This document shows, one piece after another, positions 40,564 to 51,142 of a stretch of DNA of 64,000 bases. Source of the stretch: Octopus sinensis (Eukaryota). The stretch lies in the NCBI RefSeq assembly GCF_006345805.1, contig NC_043005.1, forward strand, positions 61,132,001-61,196,000. Reading direction: 5' to 3'. The notes beneath the pieces are model-generated. The model did not search any database and was not told the origin of the DNA. It saw nothing but the letters and a program-made list of their open reading frames with translations. How positions within the stretch are numbered: position 1 is the first letter of the stretch; every line of letters begins with the position of its first letter. The translations under genes were made by a program, and so were the position numbers.

Positions 40564-41223
40564 CACATGCATACACCCATTCTCCCATTTTCATATAATG
40601 CATAAACAAATATTGTTATGATGTAGGAAAAGTTAAAATGTTTCAAAAGAGGATAAAATACAAATTTTATTTGTTGACAGGTGTCATAAATGTTAAAAAT
40701 TAATACAATGATATTTTCGATGCTGACTTCAGGGATGAGTGAAATATCAATTTCTGAACTATGCAAATGCTTTTAAGACTGCTTTTCTTTTTATTTCTTG
40801 TGAATTTAAAGCAGGCACGCAGAAAAATATCTGATTATTTATTCATTTTGCAGAACATATTGTATAGCTTCCCAAGCTCTGCAGATATGTTTATATATCA
40901 CTTTACAGTTACTATTTCAATTTCCTAAACTTTTGTAATTTTATTTTTCTGACTCGCATAACGAAATAATTAATATCATTTATGAACAATAATATCTAAT
41001 GAAAGAAAATCCGTTTATACATATATTGTGTACCAACATACATTGATGTGTGGGATGGCGGTGTTTAGTACCATGATGTACAAAAAAAGAAATATATTCC
41101 TGGCCAACAGGTATACATTTATTTGATATAGTTATTGTCTGATGTTGTATGTTTGTGAGTGTGCGCATGCGCGTGTGTAAATGTGTATGAGCGTGTACAT
41201 TTATATTCATAAATATGCATATT

Positions 41224-41700
41224 CAGGGGTTGGACAAAATAATGGAAACACCTAAAATTCCAGACAAATTTATTTTAATACGGAGTAGGACCGCCTTTCG
41301 CACTGACTGCAGCTTGAATTCTACAAGGCATGGACTCGTACAAATTTTGAGTTGTTTCCAAAGGAATTGTTGTCCATTCTTCTGCTAAAACAGTTTCCAG
41401 CTCTTGTAGTGATGATGGTGGAGGATATCGACTCCTTATTTGTTTTTCTAAAATGCACTATAAATGTTCAATAATATTGGGATCTGGGGACTGTGGTGGC
41501 TAGATAAGGTGATCATCTTCACTAGAAAGTTCTTCGTACCATTCAGTAACAACTTTAACTGTGTGAATTCGTGCATTATCATCTTCAAAAACTGTGTTTC
41601 TCTCTGCAAACTTAGGATGAATTTGATCAGATAAAATGCTTAAATAGTCGTGACTATTAATTGCATTTAATTGACTATAAACTGCATTATATATACTGAC
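41224..41700 (-). mobile_element. Tc1-type transposon, right end with TIR and decayed transposase C-terminus
   Basis: TIR-like CAGGGGTTGGACAAAATAATGGAAACACC; minus peptides FEDDNARIHT, PPQSPDPNIIEHL, LETVLAEEWTTIP and AKGGPTPY*. Confidence 0.85.
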
Positions 41701-41796
41701 AAGGTAAATAATTAGCACATGAACGAAGCAAAGCTAGAGCACTGGATTGTACAGTTTGATCCGAATAGGAATTGTAAACAGTATGCCTCCATCGCT

Positions 41797-41872
<76 letters not shown>

Positions 41873-42175
41873 GTTATTTTATTCACACGAGAAAAAATGT
41901 AGAAAAAAGAAACTGAAAAAACACCGGAATTCGTTTATGTGAAATTAACCGGTTTCACAGAATTCGATGATAACATGATTATGCTTAGAAATTGTTCTAA
42001 ATTCGCCGTCCTTTCAGTGTTCAATGTCATGTGGCAATATATTTAGCACCATTAAGTTGAAGCTGCCACTGTTGAGAAACCATGTTTAATAACAATCCGA
42101 AACAGTCAAGGTTGACTAAATTTTATCTGTCAAATATGGTATAAAGAAGATCACATGAATAACCTTAGAAATTCT

Positions 42176-42405
42176 TATTTCTTATTTCTTTATTGCCCAC
42201 AACAGGCTAAACATAGAAGGGACAACCAAGGATAGACAAAGGAATTGAGTTGATTACATCGACCCCAGTGCGTAACTGGTACTTATTTAAGGATTAAAGG
42301 CAAAGTCGACCTCGGCGGAATTTGAACTCAGAACGTAGCGGCAGACGAAATGCCGCTAAGCATTCCGCCCGTCGTGCTAACATTTCTGCCAGCTCACCGC
42401 CTTAG
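42176..42405 (-). mobile_element. SINE-A with 13-bp TSD and a small internal deletion
   Basis: Reverse complement of 203-435; CCTTAGAAATTCT at 42163-42175 and 42406-42418. Confidence 0.9.
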
Positions 42406-42708
42406 CCTTAGAAATTCTCTTGTAGATTACAAGGTACGTTCGTGCTAGTGTCAACTTTTGAAATTTCAACTGTCTATCTCAACTTTTGAAAATCAGAGAA
42501 ATCTGAGAAACCGGTTAAATCTTTAAGTATTTTAAAATAAATGCTATAAACTTCTTTTTTCAATATAATTTTTTCAAGGCGGCGCCCCAGCATGGCCGCA
42601 TTCTAATGCCTGAAACAAGTAAAAGATTAAAGATAGCTCGGTAGATAGATAGATAAAAAGATAGATAGATGCAAATATTCAAGAAGCAGAATATATATAT
42701 AGAGATAA

Positions 42709-42909
42709 ATTGCTAGAAATAAGAGCTGAAATGTTGTTATGCTGTAGTCAAAGCACATAATTGTATGCATATATACTGACAAGGAGTATAATCCTCCGAA
42801 AACACCAATAGAGTATCTTAGGGCGATTATAGCCCCTGCCAGTATAAATGTATGCAATTATGTGCTTTGACTTCAGTAATAGAGTATTTTAGCTCTAATT
42901 TCTATCAAT
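42709..42909. mobile_element. About 200-bp fold-back element with a hammerhead-like core in its loop
   Basis: Inner arms 42746-42781 / 42837-42872 match 32/36, with looser pairing outward; CTGACAA-GGAG-TATAATC-CTCC-GAAA at 42776-42801. Confidence 0.65.
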
Positions 42910-43020
42910 GTAGGTGCTTCTTACACCCTCCTCATATTCAGTAACAATTACACTTTTCGTTTTTGGTAAAATATTACATACCACTCTCTATCTATATACG
43001 CATACACACACATACATATG

Positions 43021-43109
<89 letters not shown>

Positions 43110-43264
43110 TGTGTGGATGTATGTATGTATGTATACATTGTATGTCTTATAATATATAACAGCGTATTCTATTTGCTATGCATATAAATTTCGCAGCTCT
43201 ATCATTGTCGATCTTCATATATTTCAAGTAGCTGAAAATGTGAATGAGTGTGTGAATATATATC

Positions 43265-43303
<39 letters not shown>

Positions 43304-43902
43304 GTGTGTGTGTGTGTGTGTCTGTGTGTGTGTTTGTGTGTGTGTGTGTGCGTGTGTTAGTAATCTCAATGTATTTTCAGTCGTAGCGACAGTTTCGTTT
43401 CTATTTTGTGTATTGCAATTTTTTTCGCTCATAGATTTCGTTAGTCGATAGATATAATTTTGATATAAAAAAAAAAATAACAACATACGATCGTATCCTG
43501 AATTCAAATCATTTAATTTTCTTGAATGTTAAAAGAAAAAAAAAAAACGGGACAGTAGAATCAAAGGAAGAAAAATAAGCAAATGAAAAAGAAGTCTAAC
43601 CTTTATATAAGAAAGAAAATTAAAATAAATTAACTTTCATTTCAGAATAGTTTCATTCGTCAAATCAATATGTAAATAGAGATTAATTCGACAACTCAAT
43701 TGACACCTTCGCCTCTTATGCCTGTAAGACCTTTTTCAACAAAAGTGTGCCAGTGACTTATTCAGGAGAAATGCACTGAACTCAATTTTCTACTTAATAG
43801 AAACACAGCTTTCAGTGGAATATAACACTATACACAAGAATCGTAGTGTTGTATTCTAAATATTTGCATAGTTAAAACGTTAGGAAATATTTTACACACA
43901 TA

Positions 43903-44013
43903 TAGGCACAGGCGTGGCTGTATGGTAAGAAGCTTGCTTCCCACCAACATGGTTCTAGGTTCAGGCCCCCTGCGAGACACCTTGGGTAAGTGTTTTGTAC
44001 TATAGTCTTAGAC

Positions 44014-44068
<55 letters not shown>

Positions 44069-44305
44069 ATAATAAAAAGAAAACGGGGAGTTAAAATTGA
44101 CATACGTTAATTTATTATCATATGTCAGTTTGAACACTTCATTTTCCTTTTATTGTTGTATATTATGTACATATACCCATGTACATTGGAGACGCTTTTC
44201 TGCTAAATTTCATATATTGGATATTGAACAGTTAATCAATGAAAATTAGATGTTTTACATACTTATAAGAGGCTCTTATATATATATATATATATATAAG
44301 AGCCT

Positions 44306-44369
<64 letters not shown>

Positions 44370-44460
44370 TGTATATATGTATGTATGCATGTATGTATGA
44401 ATTTGTATATGTATATATATGTGGGTGTGTGACTGTGTTTGTCCCCCCGCCGCATAACCG
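43903..44460 (+). mobile_element. SINE-B head and middle, split by (TA)n plus an inserted fold-back element (44071-44311)
   Basis: Head GGCACAGGCGTGGCTGTATGGTAAGAAGCTTGC; resumes as GACTGTGTTTGTCCCCCC at about 44430. Confidence 0.65.
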
Positions 44461-44466
44461 CTAGCA

Positions 44467-44570
44467 GTATCAGTGCATTACAGCCGTATCAGGCGGCTAC
44501 ATTTAATCGAATAATGCTGACATTGTTCGATTAAATGGAGCCCTCTGAAACGGCCGTAATGCACTAATAC
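44467..44570. other. 104-nt unbulged hairpin (50-bp stem, CTGA loop)
   Basis: On the + strand 43 WC, 2 GU and 5 single mismatches, counted by hand. Confidence 0.9.
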
Positions 44571-44683
44571 CTTGACATCCTCTTTACCTATTTGCTTTTT
44601 ATTCACCTTACTTTGAGCTGTGCAAATAACACCGGACTGACTGGGTGCCTCAGCTGAAGTACCTAATTCAATTGAAACTTAAT

Positions 44684-44716
<33 letters not shown>

Positions 44717-44936
44717 ACATATAAATGTAAGATCCAAGGATCGATGTGTTAGGGGAAAGTAATCTTTAAACAATCCGTAGAATATATAGAAAAAAAACAC
44801 AACTCTTAAGTACAATAGTGGTGTATTGGGGAAGAAAGTTGTGGATTTATTCTGTATCTAAGTATTAAATTCTCGATTATATCTTAGGGGAAGCAGCTAG
44901 GATTGCCAGGTACGCGAATAAAAATCCAGGAATTTA

Positions 44937-45132
44937 GGAATGGAGTATATAAAATCAGGGTTACATATGTTTCGTTACGAACGGAATTTTCGAAGTGGTA
45001 AATATTCAAGCGAAGTATATAACGCAGGCTACTCTTTTAGCCAAGGTCAAACACCTCGCTTGGATATTTACCACTTCCTAGGTAGCGTTCACAATGAAAT
45101 ATGCGAAGCCCGTGTTTTATCTACTCCATTCC
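44937..45132. other. Nested inverted repeats forming a rod-like fold with a 3' half hammerhead on the minus strand
   Basis: 44937-44954 / 45115-45132 match 17/18 and 44992-45016 / 45053-45077 match 23/25; minus GAAAC-ATAT-GTA-ACCC. Confidence 0.65.
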
Positions 45133-45159
45133 TTAACTGTTGGACATATATACATGCAT

Positions 45160-45177
45160 ATATATATAAGTATATAT

Positions 45178-45222
<45 letters not shown>

Positions 45223-45244
45223 TATATATATATATATGAATATA

Positions 45245-45277
<33 letters not shown>

Positions 45278-45308
45278 GCATATATATATATTATATATAT
45301 ATGCATAT

Positions 45309-45351
<43 letters not shown>

Positions 45352-45646
45352 CGTATATATGCATGTATGTATACATATACATAGACGTTTAAATAAAAGT
45401 ATGTGGTATCGTTTTAGAGCAAATATTTTATAATTAAAATGAATTTCAGAGTTGATAGACTACATAAGGGATTAAGAAATAATGCATAAAGACTCTCAAA
45501 CCTCTTTCCAAAATATTTGTGCATATGTGAGCAAAGATTCCTTAAAAGACAACTAAACCGTCTTCAGAGGAGAAGAATTAAGGGAAGTCCTTCGTAATTA
45601 AAGAATATCCTGTTGTAATATTTGTATATGTATATTAGAATCTCTC

Positions 45647-45696
<50 letters not shown>

Positions 45697-45706
45697 CTCT
45701 CTCTCA

Positions 45707-45793
<87 letters not shown>

Positions 45794-45795
45794 TA

Positions 45796-45844
<49 letters not shown>

Positions 45845-45905
45845 CATAGATACATACACACATGCACACATGTGTGTGGGGATTAGATGTCCGATATATG
45901 TGTAA

Positions 45906-45967
<62 letters not shown>

Positions 45968-45975
45968 GTGTATAT
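45160..45975. repeat. Long (TA)n, (TC)n and (GATA)n microsatellite blocks with an intervening unique stretch
   Basis: Direct inspection. Confidence 0.9.
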
Positions 45976-48900
45976 GACTAGATAGATACATATATATGAG
46001 AAATATTATGAGACTTATGTGACTTATATATTTGAAACACTAAGACCAGTGGGATAGTAAATATTATATGCAATATATAAATAAATAGATAGATTAAAAA
46101 TATATATCGCTTTTCTTTTTACATATTTTCGCTGAAATTGAATCAAATTCGGAAGTACATAATTTCTAAAGTTCATATAACTTTAATAGATATAAATTTT
46201 ATGGAGCAATAGAGGAGCAAATGCTGTTTGCTTATCTTTATGCAAATACAGATTTCTGGAATGCTTTACTATTATATGGGGACTTTTAAATGTTGTAGCA
46301 GAGGCCTCCCCAGACGAGAAGTGGGCTGGTCCACTACTCATAAATTGTGGACTGATGCAGTCAGTAGGGTCGATCAACGAAGGTACGCAGTGACGTAGAG
46401 GCGACCAAATACGTTGTCATCATAGGGCATATCAGTGGCGACGAAGGTTCGGACGATATCGCCACTGGGACATATCACTATAATTGATAAATTTTGAGTT
46501 AGCAACACAATACTGAATTCTAGGTCATCTTTTGAGTATGGAGAATATAGCTGACCACCATTCCATGAAATTTCACATCTGAATTTTTTTACAAAATGAC
46601 GTTTGTATAATTTGTCAATAATGATTTGAGTTGTAAAATTATTATTCCCATATTCATATCAATCGTTCTCCAACAGTTTCGATCGTTATATTAAATAACT
46701 TCGTTGCATTTCTTATACAAACGCTTCTCTACAGCACAGACAACAAACAATACTTTCGTTTATTTCATTGCAATAAACTTTGAGAGTGTTAATATTTACA
46801 TTCTGTATATAGTTCAGTTGCATTAGTTAATATCACACAACAAACCAGTTGGTTTTGTGTCTTCCCATGTTTAGAGTTTTTGGGATATATAGAGATATTT
46901 ATTTTGCAATGTTTTCAAACGCAGCTACTGACATACAGCGATTTGCCGTGCTATTTCGATTTATGTTCTAACCTGTATATCATTACGCTAAGATATAAAA
47001 CTAGGACAAACGGCGAAGTCTCTATTCGATCAACTGGCCCGCTGGAAATATCAGCTATCTATCCATCCGATTAAACCTTACAATTGTGAAAAAGGAAAAG
47101 GACACTGGATAAAGTTACCCCATGCAAATTATGCTGCAGAAAATTAGTATGGCCATGGCTGGGTTGTCGTTGAGTATACTTTGCTCAATCAGATCTGATC
47201 GGAGACTACATAACACACGCATGCATAAAGTTAACGTTCTCAACAAAGACATATATGGACATTTGAAGATAAGCTTATTTGAAGTTGTAAAGTTAATATA
47301 CAACTCTTCGATTTGCTGTTTATTTTGAAATTATGCAGTATTTATTGTATAAATATCGAAACACGCTTAGTAAAATAAAATATTAATTTGTTAAAATACG
47401 CGAAATACGCTGAAATTTGTTTATGAAGCCTGAAGAACATTTCAAATATGAAGTAGAAGACATGGTGTAAATAAGTAACATAATACAAAATATATTTACT
47501 TTCTTTGTGCTTGTTTTGATGAAAACTTTTTGGATAGCAGTACTTAGAAACTAATTTGAAGATACACATTATTATTTGCTATTGATCTTTTGGCATACAT
47601 AATATTTCACATCAACTAATAAAATAAGCTCCATCAGGTCTGATCAAAGTAAATTGAATTTAGATATGTTACGATATAGCAATATATACAATTATGTCCT
47701 TGAATAGAACTTCTTTTCAAAAAGTTGGTATTACTTACTAATTGAAAAAGATAACTTGACATTTAGAAGAGACTGACTGCTGAATCACTCTGGCAATAGG
47801 GCAAGGGTCATGCATAAATGTGGACAGATTCGGAAAAATGAGATGAAATGTTGAAGCAGATACTGTGCCCCAAGCGAAATGATAAAAAAAAGCAACAGGC
47901 TGAGGAAAAGGCCAAAGTAAGTTCTGGATACAACCAATGCTGGAACAATTGCTGAATGGAGTGTAATGTTGTAAATTGAAGTGAATAGGAAGTTGGTTTA
48001 CTTAAGCTTATTGAATCTTCGGAATGTATTGTCAGTATGACTATTATGATGAGGTTTGGGAATTTTATTCACTGAAATACAAGATAAAACCAATGGAAGT
48101 CTAGAAAATGAAATTAATTACCTAAGAGAGTTTAAGGTTAACATGAAGGACTAAAACTTCGACAGTAACTATTGTTGTTGTTGATGCTGCTATATATCTC
48201 GGGACCGAGTAAACCTTTTATCAAAGACATTCCAGCCACACCCATTCCCATTTCATTTTTGGGAATACTTTGTTGCAGAAGTACGTTATAATGTATGACT
48301 TTTTTCTTCTTTAACAAAAAAAGAGCATCATTAGGAGAGCTAGTCGCTATATATTCATGTTTGTGTGTGTCTGTCTGTCTATGACTGTGTATTGGTGCCT
48401 GTGTGTGTTCGTGCGTGTGTGTATGTGTTTCTGTGGGCAGGTTGAACTCTCAATGCCAAATTTTAGTGCCAAATCCTGAAGTACATTCCATATTTACATC
48501 ACCGCATATATGTCATTCTACGCCCCATGGAGTCGTAAGTCTTTCAGTCTGTCCCCGTTTCTCTCACTCTCTCTCTCTCTCCCTCCCTCTCATGCTATTA
48601 TTTATCCCCTATAAGGAGGCGACGTAGTTGAAGTGTTAGTGAGTCAGACAGAATTCTTAGCGGCGTTTATTCCAGCATAACATTTTGAGGTGGGCTTTGC
48701 ATTTCATTCTTTTGGGATGTAAAATACGTAATCGACTTACACCTTTCTCCCAAAAGTTCTGGTATTGCGTCTAAAGAAAAAGAATCGTTAAAAATCTGTG
48801 TTGTGTGATGACTCCATAAGTCAGTGCATTAATTTCTGTTCCTAATTAATAGAGAAGATGTTTATTAAAGTTACACTTTATTCCATCAAGCCTTTCTTAA

Positions 48901-50962
48901 AGTTTTCTACTTTTACTCGCAGTAAGTAAATACATATAGAACAAACCTCACACGAAAACACTCAGAAAATTGTTGGTATGTATTTTCATTAATGAATCAT
49001 AACCTTTCAAAAATTACTTACACATTTCCCAACATCTTATCTACCAGCAATCTACTTTTTAAAAATAATCATCTATCGTTCTTCCTGCGAAATTTGTCAC
49101 ACGATCAGATACGAAATTAATGATATGATATGATTACTAACAAGAGATATTCAATCATAAACGCGTAACTAAAGTTATATGTAAAGTTCAGAGTGAAATA
49201 TTACAAAATGTATTCAACATTTTTATCAGATATTTTAGTGTGTTACAGAGCTAATTTGCAGCATTCCTATTACATGGGAAAATAAAATTTCAAAACATAT
49301 TTCAAAACATATTAGACTTATTACAAACATATTACTTCACAAATGTAGCCAATTACATCTTAACATCACATGGATTACATTGTGAAATATAACAGGCATT
49401 TTCCTATACTAAAACGTTTCAATATCTGTTAGAAATATTTGGACATATTATAAAACATTCAGTCATTTTAAAATGCATTAGGAGATAATGCATCGATATA
49501 GATAATGCATCAGCGTGCGTGTGTGTATGTGTTTGTGTATGCGTGGATATATATATATATATCGGTATGTATAATAATGTATATATAGTGAGATAAATAG
49601 CTTGATTAACACATATATACATGTATGTATGTACATGTGTGTGGGTGTGTGGGTGTGAATGTGTGTGTATATACCCATATAATGCATACACACATACATA
49701 TATATGTGTGAGTGTTTGGATAAAGATATCATATGCGAGCTACCACAAGTTTATGCTCGAATAAATTGCATGAGTATGTATAGCATACTGTACCCGAGCC
49801 GGCAATTGTTCAGACTTGCCACTCGGTGAGAAAATCTTATAAAACTGCATGAAAATTATAAAGGAAAATTCGAGTAAAACCTAATATATATTCCTAGGAA
49901 AAGGGGTATAATTTCGTTCATGAAATATGTTTCCGACCCTTTGTCACGTTCACTATTGATCATTTTTAATGCTGAGTGTTTAGTGTGTTTAAGCTAAATG
50001 CTGTTATCTAAATGAATGATAGCTGAATATGGGGAAGGAGAAGGTACATTACAATCCAGTGACGTGTGGGTCTTCCAGCTTAATAAAAGGAACTTATCGA
50101 GGTGTATGCCTTTCTTAAAAATCCCAGCTCTTGAGTTTAGAATTTATATGTAGCTTAGATATCTGTACGATGTTCCACTTAATATTGAGTGGTATATTGC
50201 TATCCCTCGGGTTTCAGATATGGCTTGCTAGCTGAAATCTATTTCTTTTGCCTAGCATTTGAAAGCAGGTTGATGGTTGTCGTATATCATTTTACATTCG
50301 AATTCGCACAGTCTGTTGTAATGTTTTACGGTTCCCTTATTTGGCGGAACCAAAATGACCCTGGCTTCGTAAGTGACTTATTCAACCATGAATATCTAGT
50401 CTAGTAAGCATGTACCCGAATTTCTGGAGTCAGTATCTTGCTTTGTTACGTGAAATGGTTTGTTACGTTTAAAGGTGATCTAATATTAATTAAATTCTAC
50501 TTTGCTCTCTATCCCCCTTAACTATTATGGCGAATGCATATTTAAAAAAAATCGTAACCCTGATAGTTAATCATTTACCCAATAGCCATACAAATAAATG
50601 AAAATCTTCATCTGACGTTGAGTGAAAGTTCCCAACAACAGTGGCCCCAATACTAAAAACCTTGAAGTATGTCACTTAAAAAATGTGCACTTATAATGAT
50701 TATAATTATATCTCACTGAATTCAGCTTTTCGTTGTTGGTTCTATCGGTGAGTGATCTGTAACTATCTCTCTATCTAAATATATGTGTGTATGTGTGTTC
50801 GTGTGTCTGTATATAGATATATTACGGAGATGTACTTACATAGCAAGTGACCTGACCTTAGATCGTGTGCTGGAGTGAAAGCAATTGCAGCAAGGAAGCT
50901 ATTTATAAGCCATTTAAGAAACACACAAAAACCGTTACATTCATTTCAACATTTAAATTTAA

Positions 50963-51013
50963 TTTGCCAAAATATTTTCGTCGCTTTGAGACCGCGACCT
51001 TTTCACTGACAAA
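50963..51013 (-). ncRNA. Candidate hammerhead with non-canonical core (G3, A8)
   Basis: Minus: TTTGTCA-GTGAAAA-G-GTCGC-GGTCTCAAA-GCGAC-GAA-AATATT-T-TGGCAAA; stem I 7 bp (one GU), stem II 5 bp, palindromic stem III. Confidence 0.55.
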
Positions 51014-51069
51014 GTTCTTAAATGCTTTATAAACATCCTCCACGTTGCAATTGATTTTGTTATATATAT

Positions 51070-51142
<73 letters not shown>

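Noticed and set aside
50311-50367. SVVMFYGSLIW resembling the ChaC FGYGSLIW motif, with a good donor
   Set aside because: The motif lacks the conserved Gly and no partner exons were found; likely chance.
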